Shown here: one piece after another, positions 1-9,701 of the stretch
How the letters are laid out: every line of letters begins with the position of its first letter
Numbering within the stretch: position 1 is the stretch's first letter
Source of the DNA: a phage
DNA: 64,000 nucleotides
Reading direction: 5' to 3' (one strand)
Sequence record: PX645697.1
Notes under the pieces: model-generated
Told to the model about the DNA's origin: nothing
Databases searched by the model: none
What the model saw: the letters and a program-made list of their open reading frames with translations, nothing else
Program-made: the position numbers and the translations under genes

Positions 1-98
1 ATTTTTTATTTGAGGACTCCCCCTTTTTGAGAAACACGCGCCGGGAGGCTAGCCCCACTCGGTCAAATCAGAATTTTAAACTCTTGTATATAAGGATG

Positions 99-248
99 AG
101 TATGAATCTGGACACTAAAGAACTTATTAACATTGAACTTGAGAAAGCCTTAAAGAAGGCTACCAATCCTTTCCTCCACTACACAGAACGCTCAGATGCA
201 GCTACGTTGGTAATGATGCTAACTAAAGCTTTACGGGAGATGGAATGA
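99..248 (+). CDS. hypothetical protein (start uncertain; six-frame ORF is 27..248)
   Basis: ATG at 99/105 preceded by AAGGA; stop overlaps next small ORF start. Confidence 0.4.
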   Translation, partial: SMNLDTKELINIELEKALKKATNPFLHYTERSDAATLVMMLTKALREME

Positions 249-406
249 ATCTAATTAAAGTATTTAGACGGATGAAGTGTAAGCACAATTACTATCCTCT
301 TCGTAAAGCTTACGGGGATGAAAGAATACACGGTCTCTACCTATCAACATGGAGGTGTAGGGAATGTGGTAAGTTGAGATTTAGTACGTGGGTGGATAGG
401 CCTTAA
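245..406 (+). CDS. small Cys/His-containing protein, 53 aa, zinc-ribbon-like
   Basis: hand-translated MNLIKVFRRMKCKHNYY...WRCRECGK...; ATGA overlap with upstream stop; GGGAG 5 nt upstream; below the 60-aa cutoff of the ORF track. Confidence 0.35.
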   Translation: MNLIKVFRRMKCKHNYYPLRKAYGDERIHGLYLSTWRCRECGKLRFSTWVDRP

Positions 407-525
407 CGTGACATGGCCTTTATGAAGTCCCCTTTACTTCAGCGTACACGGGTTGTTGGTATGAGGTGGCCTTTACGGGTTAGATATGACTAGCCCTTTA
501 TACTTTTATTCAGAGGAGAAGAATT
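407..525 (+). promoter_or_regulatory. non-coding leader with three direct repeats of GCCTTTA
   Basis: GGCCTTTA at about 417, 468 and 495; no ORF; precedes strong SD GAGGAGAAG of gene at 526. Confidence 0.25.
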
Positions 526-780
526 ATGAATTTAGTATTAGACTTTTTATCAGAGATGGTGCCTCGGTTTAGAACAGAGACATACGCTTTCGTAATCAAC
601 AGTGACTCTGAAGAAGGGATGGAAGCTACATGTTTAGGTCGTCTTGTTGATTTAGACGATGAAATAGATTTCGATATTACAATTGATGTAAGTAGTTTTG
701 GTTGGCTCTTCTTCAGAGCATTCCGAACTTACAGAAAAGAAACATACAAAGATTACAGCAAGGGAGATACAAATGAATAA
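526..780 (+). CDS. hypothetical protein
   Basis: 84-aa ORF with SD GAGGAGAAG; stop overlaps next start. Confidence 0.5.
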   Translation: MNLVLDFLSEMVPRFRTETYAFVINSDSEEGMEATCLGRLVDLDDEIDFDITIDVSSFGWLFFRAFRTYRKETYKDYSKGDTNE

Positions 781-1342
781 TTTAATCAAAGCGATGGACC
801 TTAACGAGTATAATTCACAGCTGTGTCGCTCTGGCTGTAGCTTACAGCATTTAGAAACTATGGGAAATATTTCAGGACTGGCTGTACAAGATTTATATAG
901 TGGAAGTATTCTTAAACCAAATATTACGGAGAACAAAAACATGTTAGATTTGATTCATACTACTCGCCCTGATTCTAAAACTAAAACACAACCATCTACT
1001 CTGGAAGTAGTTGAATACGAGTCTACTAAACATGACCATCTCCCTGACTATGCTCGTGCAATGATCGAGATGATTGAAGAAGCTGAATATGAAATGCTCC
1101 ATGATTACATTACCTCCAAAGATGAGTGGCATCGCGATGTTAGAATCGAAGAGGATGGTACAGAAACAATTACGTGGATTCACAAGAGTGAGTTAGTAGA
1201 CGACGCACTGCGAGACTACGAAAAATTTTTGGTCGACGGCTCTATTCTTTTAGAGGAAGAGAAGGGTGTAGAACTTCCGTGGGAGGGTGAGATAGTTACT
1301 TTAGGTAAGATGTTTAATCTGTCCGTTGGTGATTGTAAGTAA
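773..1342 (+). CDS. hypothetical acidic protein (start refined from 698 to internal ATG 773)
   Basis: AAGGGAGA 5 nt upstream of ATG 773; followed by hairpin terminator. Confidence 0.5.
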   Translation: MNNLIKAMDLNEYNSQLCRSGCSLQHLETMGNISGLAVQDLYSGSILKPNITENKNMLDLIHTTRPDSKTKTQPSTLEVVEYESTKHDHLPDYARAMIEMIEEAEYEMLHDYITSKDEWHRDVRIEEDGTETITWIHKSELVDDALRDYEKFLVDGSILLEEEKGVELPWEGEIVTLGKMFNLSVGDCK

Positions 1343-1345
1343 TGT

Positions 1346-1372
1346 TTGCCTCCCTTGGGAGGCTTTTTGTGT
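1346..1372 (+). terminator. intrinsic terminator-like hairpin
   Basis: GCCTCCC..GGGAGGC stem followed by TTTTTGTGTTG. Confidence 0.5.
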
Positions 1373-1398
1373 TGTTGATAATGTAGAAGGAGTATAAA

Positions 1399-1872
1399 AT
1401 GTTTGGAGAAAACGGAGAACTCACGCCTGCACAGGTAGCTGAGGTTACAGGAAGATTACCCGGAGTAACGGAAGAGCTCGAAAGCCGTGGTATGAACCCA
1501 AGCAATGGGAAGTTTCAAAAGGGAAATAAATTCGGACGACCCAGAGGTAGTAGAGGTAAACTGACACAATTAATGTTGGACCGTGTTGCTGCAAGTCATT
1601 TGTCTCCTGATGAAGTGTTAATTCAAATTTACGAAGATCCTAATATTCCACCCGATCTTAGATTCAAGGCTGCATCAAAAGTTGCAGATCTGGTATATCC
1701 TAAGGCGGCCTCTGTTGAAGTTAAGATTGAGGAAGAGAATGTAATCAACGAAGAATCATTGAATGCACAAATCAAGGACTTCTTGACTGGAGCACTTGGT
1801 GTTGACGTTATGCCTCCAGAAGAAGATAACTCTGAGGACGCTGAAAAGGGGGAGGAAGTGGACGAGAGTTAA
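1399..1872 (+). CDS. putative small terminase subunit / DNA-binding protein
   Basis: position immediately upstream of large terminase; basic GNKFGRPRGSRGK segment and acidic C-terminus; SD GAAGGAG. Confidence 0.45.
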   Translation: MFGENGELTPAQVAEVTGRLPGVTEELESRGMNPSNGKFQKGNKFGRPRGSRGKLTQLMLDRVAASHLSPDEVLIQIYEDPNIPPDLRFKAASKVADLVYPKAASVEVKIEEENVINEESLNAQIKDFLTGALGVDVMPPEEDNSEDAEKGEEVDES

Positions 1873-1994
1873 GTAAAGGAAACAGGGAGCTGTCGAAGAT
1901 CATCTGATTAGCAATCTGAGGATTGTTATATTTTTATTGCCACGATGTTCTTTTGCAGTGTACCCTTGTAGTGGAGAGGGGAGGTTCTTTGACG

Positions 1995-2020
1995 AAGGGA
2001 CTTTCCCTTTTCTATTTTTA
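1995..2020 (+). terminator. terminator/attenuator-like hairpin just upstream of terminase RBS
   Basis: AAGGGA-CTT-TCCCTT stem-loop followed by TTCTATTTTTA. Confidence 0.35.
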
Positions 2021-2033
2021 AACTGGAGGAAGC

Positions 2034-3575
2034 ATGTCATTAGATAAACAAATTTATGAAGCTCTAACTGGTAACAATCTTAGTGTAGAGGAAAAGAAAG
2101 CACTATTGAATATGTTGAAAGAGCGTGACCAATGGAGGAAGTATAATAAGATTTTGTCTTTCAAGGCGTATGACTTCCAAAAGAAATTTTATGCGGCAGG
2201 ATTGAAGCATCGCTTTAGATTCTTGTGTGCAGCGAACCGTGTTGGTAAATCTTATAGCGAGGCATACGAGTTTGCTTGTCATGTCACAGGTCGCTACCCA
2301 ACTTGGTGGACAGGATATAAATTTAAAAGACCTATCTTAGCATGGGCAGTTGGTATTACAGGGGATTCCACAAGGAAAGTATTGCAAAAGGAATTATTTG
2401 GTACACCTATCGGAAAGGATACAAATTTATTAGGGACAGGTGTCATTCCTCGTGATGCTATCGTCATTGATACGATAGAACGAGATGGTAACAAACTTCA
2501 AATCGTACAAATCAAACACCAAAATGAGAGAGGGGAGTTTGACGGTTTAAGTACATTAGAATTCCGTTCAACCCAACAGGGTGAACACACATTGATGGGT
2601 GCAACAGTTGACTACATTTGGTTAGACGAAGAAGATCCATACGAGTCTATGGCTATATTCGCACAGTGCGTCACACGTACACTCACAACTAAAGGTCTAG
2701 TTACAATTACAGCTACACCAGAGAACGGCTTAACTGAACTGGTAGATAAATTTATGAAAGGTGAAGGGGATGAGAACACAGGTTCTCTATATTTCCAGAA
2801 TGCTTCTTGGTGGGATGCTCATGCAGACCTAGGTGGACATATCACTGACCAAGATATAAAAGATATGACTGAAGGTATTCCATCGTGGCAGTTAGAGATG
2901 CGTTCGAAAGGTATGCCATTGTTAGGAAGTGGTTTGATTTATGATGTATCGGATGACACAATTAAATGTGAACCATTCGAAATTCCTGATACGTGGAAGC
3001 GTGTCTGTGCAATTGACATTGGTATTGATCACCCAACTGCTGCTGTTTGGACAGCTTACGATGCAAACACGGATACTATCTATGTTTACGACTCATATAA
3101 AGAAGGTGGCTTTACTCCGGTGTATCATGCTCCAGCTATTAATGGTCGTGGTCAGTGGATTCCTGTCATCCTACCGCATGATGCGGACAATATTGAGAAA
3201 GGTAGTGGTTCATCTGTTGCTCAATTCTATAAGAATGCAGGAGTTAACGTACAGAGTGAGACCTTCTACAACAAAATTGGAATGGATGGTAAAAAGAACT
3301 TCTTTGTAGAACCCGGAATCACAGATATCCGAGAAAGAATGATGAGTGGACGCTTTAAAATCTTTAACACAGCCGCTAACGCTAAGCTATTTGAAGAGAA
3401 AGCTAGATATCACCGTAAGGTTGGTAAGATTATTAAAGAACATGATGACTTAATGGATGCAATGCGCTATTCAGCGTGCTCTGTTACACATCGTGGTCGC
3501 TCTAAGCATGATGTTAGCTTCGGAAGCGCTTCTTTGTATGAGGCAAACGTAAGCAGATGGAATCAGAGCTACTAA
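2034..3575 (+). CDS. terminase large subunit
   Basis: 513 aa; Walker A-like CAANRVGKS and Walker B-like WLDEED in N-terminal ATPase half; C-terminal nuclease-like half; synteny with portal. Confidence 0.9.
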   Translation: MSLDKQIYEALTGNNLSVEEKKALLNMLKERDQWRKYNKILSFKAYDFQKKFYAAGLKHRFRFLCAANRVGKSYSEAYEFACHVTGRYPTWWTGYKFKRPILAWAVGITGDSTRKVLQKELFGTPIGKDTNLLGTGVIPRDAIVIDTIERDGNKLQIVQIKHQNERGEFDGLSTLEFRSTQQGEHTLMGATVDYIWLDEEDPYESMAIFAQCVTRTLTTKGLVTITATPENGLTELVDKFMKGEGDENTGSLYFQNASWWDAHADLGGHITDQDIKDMTEGIPSWQLEMRSKGMPLLGSGLIYDVSDDTIKCEPFEIPDTWKRVCAIDIGIDHPTAAVWTAYDANTDTIYVYDSYKEGGFTPVYHAPAINGRGQWIPVILPHDADNIEKGSGSSVAQFYKNAGVNVQSETFYNKIGMDGKKNFFVEPGITDIRERMMSGRFKIFNTAANAKLFEEKARYHRKVGKIIKEHDDLMDAMRYSACSVTHRGRSKHDVSFGSASLYEANVSRWNQSY

Positions 3576-3580
3576 AGTAA

Positions 3581-3610
3581 GGGGAGGTTTGTCCTCCCTT
3601 CTTTTATTTA
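3581..3610 (+). terminator. intrinsic terminator-like hairpin
   Basis: GGGAGG-tttgt-CCTCCC followed by TTCTTTTATTT. Confidence 0.45.
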
Positions 3611-3635
3611 AGCTATCAACCGAGGGAGAGAATAG

Positions 3636-5879
3636 ATGGCTAAGCAAAAATATAGTGAAGAGGTGTTGGACGAGTTACGTGTTGACCTTCAACGTCGTTT
3701 TAATTACGCTCAAGGCTACGTGGACATGGCTGTTAAGGGCTATGCTCGTGAAGCTTGGGAATATTTCTATGGTAACTTACCTGCACCAGTAACTGCTGGC
3801 AGCTCTAGTTGGGTAGATCGTACTGTTTGGGAATCTGTTAACGGTACATTGCAAGACATTATTAACGTATTCTGTTCTGGTGATGAAGCAGTTACTTTCG
3901 TAGCTGACAACCAACAGGATTCTGATGCTGCTGATGTAGCAACTAAATTAGTTAACCAAATTCTTCTGCGTGATAATCCGGGATACAATATTATCTCTTC
4001 TGCCGCACAAGAATGTCTGGTTACTCGTAACTCTTTTATCAAATATTATTGGGATGAGCAAACTTCTACTCAAACTGAAGAAGCTGAAGGTGTACCACCG
4101 GAAGCATTAGCTGCATATGTTCAGGGATTAGAAGCTGGTGGACTCAAGAATCTGGAAATCTTCACTGAAGAAAATGAAGATGGTACAGTAGATGTTAAAG
4201 TTACTTACGAACAAACTGTTAAACGTGTGAAAGTTGAATATGTTCCTTCAGAGCAAATCTTTGTTGACGAACATGCTACCTCTTTTGCAGATGCACAATA
4301 CTTCTGTCATCGTGTACGTCGTTCTAAAGAAGATCTGGTTGCTATGGGCTTCCCTAAAGATGAGATTGAAGCGTTCAACGACTGGACAGACACGATGGAT
4401 ACCACTCAATCTACAGTTGCTTGGTCTCGTACTGACTGGCGTCAGGACATTGATGCTGACATTGGTACAGATACTGAAGATATCGCTACTATGGTTTGGG
4501 TTTATGAGCACTACATTCGTACTGGTGTTCTAGATAAGAATAAAGAGTCTAAACTCTATCAGGTTATCCAAGCTGGTGAGCATATCCTTCACACTGAAGA
4601 AGTAACTCACATTCCATTTGTAACCTTCTGCCCGTATCCGATTCCGGGTTCCTTCTATGGTCAATCGGTCTATGACATTACGAAAGATATTCAAGATTTA
4701 CGTACCGCGCTAGTTCGTGGTTATATCGATAACGTCAATAATGCTAACTATGGTCGATACAAAGCTCTTGTTGGTGCATATGATCGTCGCTCTCTGCTTG
4801 ATAACCGTCCCGGTGGAGTGGTTGAAATGGAACGTCAGGACGCTATTGACCTGTTCCCATACCATAACCTACCTCAAGGTATTGACGGCCTCCTAGGCAT
4901 GTCTGAGGAGCTTAAAGAGACACGTACAGGCGTAACTAAACTTGGCATGGGTATCAACCCCGATGTGTTTAAGAATGATAACGCTTATGCAACCGTAGGC
5001 TTGATGATGAATGCTGCACAGAACCGTCTCCGTATGGTATGTCGTAACATCGCTCACAACGGTATGGTTGAATTGATGCGTGGTATTTACAATCTTATCA
5101 GAGAAAACGGTGAAGTTCCTATCGAGGTACAAACCCCTCGTGGTATGATTCAGGTAAATCCAAAACAATTACCAGCTCGTCACAACCTCCAAGTTGTTGT
5201 AGCTATTTCCCCCAATGAGAAAGCAGAACGTGCACAGAAACTGATTAGCTTGAAACAGCTGATTGCAGCAGATGCACAGTTAGCACCTCTCTTTGGTTTG
5301 GAGCAAGACCGTTACATGACTGCACAGATCTTTGAGTTGATGGGTATTAAAGATACGCATAAATACCTTCTGCCTCTGGAACAGTATCAACCTCCAGAAC
5401 CTTCTCCGATGGAAATCCTCCAGCTCGAGATGACTAAAGCTCAGGTTGAGAACGTACAGGCTTCTTCTCAGAAGATGATTGCTGATGCATTCGACCAACG
5501 TGAACGTACTACATTCGAACAGCAGAAAGCTGCGGATGAATTAAGTCTGCGTCAGGAAGAGTTGCAGTTCAAGCAAGAAAATGCAGCAGATGCTATGACT
5601 CTGGAAAACCGTAAAGAAGATAACAATGCAACTCTGGAACAAGCTAAGCACAAGTTAGCTCTTATGCAACAGCAGGTCCGTCAGTATGAGTCTGTACTGA
5701 AAGAATTGCAGATGGTTATGGAACATCAGGTTGACCAAGAGAAGATTGTTCAGCAATCTCGTGTTCAGGATAAAACTTTGGAACTCCAAAAGAAAGAAGC
5801 TAATGTAACTAAGAAAGAGCAACAAGCTTCTCTCAAAGATTCACGGATTCCAGGCAAACATCTTGGAAGTAAAAAGTAA
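3636..5879 (+). CDS. portal protein (head-tail connector), with C-terminal coiled-coil tail
   Basis: 747 aa immediately downstream of terminase; highly optimised codons; Q/E/K-rich helical C-terminus. Confidence 0.65.
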   Translation: MAKQKYSEEVLDELRVDLQRRFNYAQGYVDMAVKGYAREAWEYFYGNLPAPVTAGSSSWVDRTVWESVNGTLQDIINVFCSGDEAVTFVADNQQDSDAADVATKLVNQILLRDNPGYNIISSAAQECLVTRNSFIKYYWDEQTSTQTEEAEGVPPEALAAYVQGLEAGGLKNLEIFTEENEDGTVDVKVTYEQTVKRVKVEYVPSEQIFVDEHATSFADAQYFCHRVRRSKEDLVAMGFPKDEIEAFNDWTDTMDTTQSTVAWSRTDWRQDIDADIGTDTEDIATMVWVYEHYIRTGVLDKNKESKLYQVIQAGEHILHTEEVTHIPFVTFCPYPIPGSFYGQSVYDITKDIQDLRTALVRGYIDNVNNANYGRYKALVGAYDRRSLLDNRPGGVVEMERQDAIDLFPYHNLPQGIDGLLGMSEELKETRTGVTKLGMGINPDVFKNDNAYATVGLMMNAAQNRLRMVCRNIAHNGMVELMRGIYNLIRENGEVPIEVQTPRGMIQVNPKQLPARHNLQVVVAISPNEKAERAQKLISLKQLIAADAQLAPLFGLEQDRYMTAQIFELMGIKDTHKYLLPLEQYQPPEPSPMEILQLEMTKAQVENVQASSQKMIADAFDQRERTTFEQQKAADELSLRQEELQFKQENAADAMTLENRKEDNNATLEQAKHKLALMQQQVRQYESVLKELQMVMEHQVDQEKIVQQSRVQDKTLELQKKEANVTKKEQQASLKDSRIPGKHLGSKK

Positions 5880-5888
5880 GGACGTCGA

Positions 5889-6125
5889 ATGAACATTAGG
5901 CATCAATTCAATAAAGAGCACGCCGCCGCTTTGGCGGCTCTCAATCTTAACGGCAGTCTTGACGCAGCATTAGAGGCATTGAAAGAAAGACTCATGACAG
6001 AGATAGTTCAAACTGAACCTCATGAGAATAAGAAACGCGAAGATTGTTATCAAAAGTATAAAATGGTGGGTAGCTTAAAAGAGGTCATAAAAGCTGCTAT
6101 CAATAGTGCAGGAGATGTTTCATAA
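5889..6125 (+). CDS. hypothetical small protein
   Basis: 78-aa ORF between portal and scaffold; AAGGA SD. Confidence 0.4.
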   Translation: MNIRHQFNKEHAAALAALNLNGSLDAALEALKERLMTEIVQTEPHENKKREDCYQKYKMVGSLKEVIKAAINSAGDVS

Positions 6126-7210
6126 TGCCACAAGATAATTATATTGACCCGAACGATTTTAAATCTTTCCTCCAACTGGATGACCTGAAAGGTTCTTTCA
6201 AAGAAGAACTCGGTCGATTAGAATCTGAACAAGAACCAGAAGTGGACATTGACGATGAGTTCCCGGAAAAAGACGGTGACGATTTCGACTTTGATACCGA
6301 CCTTCTCGGTGAAAGCGATGAGCTTAAGTTCGAAGATGAAGATGGTTGGGAAGATCATGACGAGGAAGGCGAAGTCGAACAAGATGAGGACGAATCTGAT
6401 GAATCAGACGAAAGCTCTGAAGCAGATGAGGAAGACTCAAGCGATGCAGGATATGAAGATGATTCTGCTGACGGTGAAGGTGAAGTCTTTGATGTAGACT
6501 ACGAAACCGTTATCACCCTTCCTGATGGACGTGAGATGACTATTGAAGAACTTTCTAATGGCTATCTTACTGGTGCTGATATGACAGAACGAGAATCAAC
6601 TCTTCAGCGTCACATGGAAGCATTTGAGGAACGTGTAGTAGGTTTGAAGGATGTATTAGAATTAGCGTCTTTAGAAGCAGACCGAGTAATTGAAGATTAC
6701 AACGGTTTTGATTGGGACAAGCTTGCAGTAGAAGATCCTCAAGCATATGTTGAAAACAAACGTTTCCTAGAGAAGTACACAGCTCGTCGTAACCAGCTTG
6801 AACAGGCTCAGGCCCGTATTAAGCAGGAAGCAGCAGCTAAAGAGCAGGAAGCTTTCCAAGCCAAGAGCATTGAATGTGTTAATATTCTGAAACGTGAGAT
6901 TCCAAATTGGGATGAAAACTTATATCAAAACTTAATGCAATACGCAATTGACTTAGGTGCTACTGAAGAAGAAGTATTGAAGGAAAACCGTCCGTCTATT
7001 TTCCTAGCTCTCCACAAAGCATACCAATTTGATAAAGGTAAGCAACAGGTGATGGCTAAGATTAAACGTCCCGGTGCTCCACGCAAGGTTGTGAAGTCTG
7101 ATGCTGCAAAGTCTCGTACTTCCAATAAGCCAGACAACGCTAAGGTTGCCAAGGCATTCGCAGAGGGTCGCGTTAGTCACGAAGACGCATTCAAATTCCT
7201 CGTAGATTAA
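6125..7210 (+). CDS. putative scaffolding protein
   Basis: 361 aa with extremely acidic D/E-rich N-terminal half and helical C-terminal half, located directly upstream of the capsid gene. Confidence 0.55.
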   Translation: MPQDNYIDPNDFKSFLQLDDLKGSFKEELGRLESEQEPEVDIDDEFPEKDGDDFDFDTDLLGESDELKFEDEDGWEDHDEEGEVEQDEDESDESDESSEADEEDSSDAGYEDDSADGEGEVFDVDYETVITLPDGREMTIEELSNGYLTGADMTERESTLQRHMEAFEERVVGLKDVLELASLEADRVIEDYNGFDWDKLAVEDPQAYVENKRFLEKYTARRNQLEQAQARIKQEAAAKEQEAFQAKSIECVNILKREIPNWDENLYQNLMQYAIDLGATEEEVLKENRPSIFLALHKAYQFDKGKQQVMAKIKRPGAPRKVVKSDAAKSRTSNKPDNAKVAKAFAEGRVSHEDAFKFLVD

Positions 7211-7251
7211 TCGACAAATTAATTATTTAATAGTATAGGAGCTAACATAAC

Positions 7252-8313
7252 ATGGCTAATCCAACTTTATTTGTATCGTATGACCAGAATGGTAAAAAAC
7301 TTTCTTTTGCTAACTGGATTTCTGTTCTGTCCCCTCAGGATACTCCGTTCGTATCTATGACCGGTAAAGAGTCTATCAACCAGACTATCTTTAGCTGGCA
7401 GACCGATGCACTGGCAAGCGTTGATGGTAATAACGCACACGTCGAAGGCTCTCGTGCTGAAGACGGCGAAATGAAACCGACTGTTATCAAGTCTAACGTT
7501 ACTCAGATTCTGCGTAAGGTTGTTCGTGTTTCTGACACTGCTAACACCACCGCTAACTACGGTCGTGGTCGTGAACTGATGTATCAGCTGGAGAAGAAAG
7601 GTAAAGAGATCAAGCGTGACCTCGAGAAAATCCTTCTGTCCGGTCAGGCTCGTACCGACGTTCTGGCTGACCAGTATCTGACTAACTCCGCAGCTGATCC
7701 GACTCAGATTGGTAAGAACGACACCCATGCAGCTCGTAAGACTGGTGCATTCCAGTTCCTGTGTGCTCACGGCGGTCTGACTGGTGGCGTTGTTGACAAA
7801 ACCAAGAATGGTCCTGCTGACCCAGATACCGGTGCTGTAACTGTTAAAGTTGCACAGAACGCTTCTAACCCGGCTACTAACATCGGTTTTGATGAAGCAG
7901 ATATCTTTGATATGACTCTGCAACTTTACACCGCTGGTTCTGAAGCAGATATCATCATGATTAACCCGGCTCATGCTAAGATCTTCGCTGGTCTGCAAGA
8001 AAACACTCAGGGTTCACGTAAGCGTATCTTTGAGAACACCAAGCAGTTCATCTACGAAGTTAACAGCATCACTGACCCGCTGGGCCAGAGCTACAAAATC
8101 ATCGTTAACCGTTGGATGCCTACCGATGCAGTTTACTTCTTCCGTAGCGCTGACTGGACCCAGATGGTTCTGCGTGCTCCGAAACGTACTGAACTGGCAA
8201 AAGATGGTTCTTACGAGAAGTGGATGATTGAGATGGAAGTTGGTCTGCGTCACCGCAACCCGTATGCTTCCGGTGTTCTGTTCACTGCTGCGGGAAAGGC
8301 AGTAGCGGCGTAA
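7252..8313 (+). CDS. major capsid protein
   Basis: 353 aa following scaffold; strongly optimised codon usage (CGT, CTG, GGT, AAC); SD TAGGAG. Confidence 0.7.
   Translation: MANPTLFVSYDQNGKKLSFANWISVLSPQDTPFVSMTGKESINQTIFSWQTDALASVDGNNAHVEGSRAEDGEMKPTVIKSNVTQILRKVVRVSDTANTTANYGRGRELMYQLEKKGKEIKRDLEKILLSGQARTDVLADQYLTNSAADPTQIGKNDTHAARKTGAFQFLCAHGGLTGGVVDKTKNGPADPDTGAVTVKVAQNASNPATNIGFDEADIFDMTLQLYTAGSEADIIMINPAHAKIFAGLQENTQGSRKRIFENTKQFIYEVNSITDPLGQSYKIIVNRWMPTDAVYFFRSADWTQMVLRAPKRTELAKDGSYEKWMIEMEVGLRHRNPYASGVLFTAAGKAVAA
8292..8298 (+). promoter_or_regulatory. candidate -1 programmed ribosomal frameshift slippery heptamer G_GGA_AAG
   Basis: X XXY YYZ heptamer in capsid frame four codons before its stop; -1 frame is open from 8232 to 8840 and encodes a Big_2 Ig-like domain. 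Confidence 0.55.
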
Positions 8314-8840
8314 CAGTAGATACCATAACTGTTAGTCCTTCGTCGGTTGCAAGCCTTCCGACGGGGGCTACTCAGCAGTTTACAGCTACAGCACAAATGA
8401 GTGATAGCTCCACATCAACAACTGGATTTGTTTGGTCCGTTGAGGGTGGTGGGGCTATTTCTGTTTCTGGACTGTACACTGCACCGAGTGCGTCGCAAGA
8501 AACCCCGATTACAGTGAAAGCTACTAAAGGTGGTAAATCCGGTACATCTACGATCTCAGCTATTGCTGACCCTGAACCTACAATTGTAAGTCGTGGTCCT
8601 ATTGCTGGTAAAGTCGGTGGTTCTACTACTGCCTTCACTACCATGTTTACTGTAACTAATTCTGCTGGTAGTGATTATGATTTTGTTGTAACCCCTACTG
8701 AAGCAGGTACTGTTAGTGCAGCTGGTCTTTTGACTCTTGCTGATACTGCTACTGGTACAGTCTCTGTTGCAGCTACACACAAGACTAAACCTCTTGTAAC
8801 AGCCACTTGTGAATTCACAGGTGTTACCCCCAAAGCCTAA
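8298..8840 (+). CDS. Ig-like (Big_2) domain extension of major capsid protein, reached by -1 frameshift
   Basis: -1 frame reads GSSGVTVDTITVSPSSVASLPTGATQQFTATAQ...; no canonical start or SD at the frame opening; six-frame ORF 8397..8840 is its ATG-started subset. Confidence 0.55.
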   Translation, partial: GSSGVTVDTITVSPSSVASLPTGATQQFTATAQMSDSSTSTTGFVWSVEGGGAISVSGLYTAPSASQETPITVKATKGGKSGTSTISAIADPEPTIVSRGPIAGKVGGSTTAFTTMFTVTNSAGSDYDFVVTPTEAGTVSAAGLLTLADTATGTVSVAATHKTKPLVTATCEFTGVTPKA

Positions 8841-8844
8841 AACT

Positions 8845-8875
8845 AAAGCTGCCTTCGGGTGGCTTTTCTTGTTTT
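8845..8875 (+). terminator. intrinsic terminator
   Basis: AGCTGCC-TTCG-GGTGGCT hairpin followed by TTTCTTGTTTT. Confidence 0.55.
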
Positions 8876-8897
8876 AATACCTATACAAGCTAGTGTG

Positions 8898-8906
8898 TAA
8901 TGTATA
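8898..8906 (+). promoter_or_regulatory. TAATGTATA promoter-like motif (candidate phage sigma factor promoter)
   Basis: exact 9-mer 34 nt upstream of ATG 8940, directly after a terminator. Confidence 0.5.
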
Positions 8907-8939
8907 TTCTTTGTCTACATATAACAAGGAGGACAACCT

Positions 8940-9692
8940 ATGGCAATGCCAGATGTTCAATACCCCATCAATACCTATGGGTGGCTAAAGAAGGCCGTGG
9001 CCCTCTGGGCAGATAGGGACGATGACGAATTTGTTAATCAAATTCCAAACTTTATTAACTTTGCAGAGAAAGAGATTTATCGTAACTTACGTATTCCTCC
9101 TCTGGAAAAAGAAGTGTATTTAGATATCAAAGATGGAGTAGCTTACATTCCTCCTGATTACTTAGAAGCTCAATGGATGATGAGAGCCAAAGATGGTACA
9201 ATCTTCCAAGTAACCTCTCCTGAGGAGATTAGCTATCGTAGACAGCACGGAACAATTAATCCATCTCATTGGAATAATCAACCTGTTAACTTTGCTCGTT
9301 TCGGGAGTCGTTTCATTTTCTATCCTAATATTGAAGCAGATACTCCGTACTATCCTGATGATGGAAGTCCTTTGATTCCCGCAGAAAACTCAGTAGTTCT
9401 TAGCTATTATGCAGACCCACCGGAATTCCACGAAGATACAGATACCAGTGCTATTCTTACTATCGCACCAGAACTTCTTCTGTATTTCACTCTACGTCAT
9501 GCTTGCTTGTTTGTTCAAGATGATAATGGTGTTCAGAAATGGTCAGCATTAGGAAAAGCTATCCTTGATGAAATGGTAGAACAGAATAAGAAACAAGAGT
9601 ACTCAGGTTCGCCTATCGCAATTCCGAATAACATGACTCGACTTCAGAGCAGCTTGCCTGATATTTATGGTATTCGTACTTCTCGTGTATAA
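8940..9692 (+). CDS. hypothetical virion protein (possible head-tail adaptor or tail tubular protein)
   Basis: 250-aa ORF with SD AAGGAGG; position between capsid and tail fiber genes. Confidence 0.5.
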   Translation: MAMPDVQYPINTYGWLKKAVALWADRDDDEFVNQIPNFINFAEKEIYRNLRIPPLEKEVYLDIKDGVAYIPPDYLEAQWMMRAKDGTIFQVTSPEEISYRRQHGTINPSHWNNQPVNFARFGSRFIFYPNIEADTPYYPDDGSPLIPAENSVVLSYYADPPEFHEDTDTSAILTIAPELLLYFTLRHACLFVQDDNGVQKWSALGKAILDEMVEQNKKQEYSGSPIAIPNNMTRLQSSLPDIYGIRTSRV

Positions 9693-9701
9693 GGAGATAA
9701 T

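Noticed and set aside
1-98. Possible terminator or genome-end structure at the very start (GAGGACTCCCCCTTTTT)
   Set aside because: The complementary arm would lie upstream of the window, so it cannot be evaluated.
7228-7237. TAATAGTATA upstream of the capsid gene as a variant promoter
   Set aside because: Contains an insertion relative to TAATGTATA and sits only about 14 nt from the start codon, unlike the 34-59 nt spacing of the other copies.
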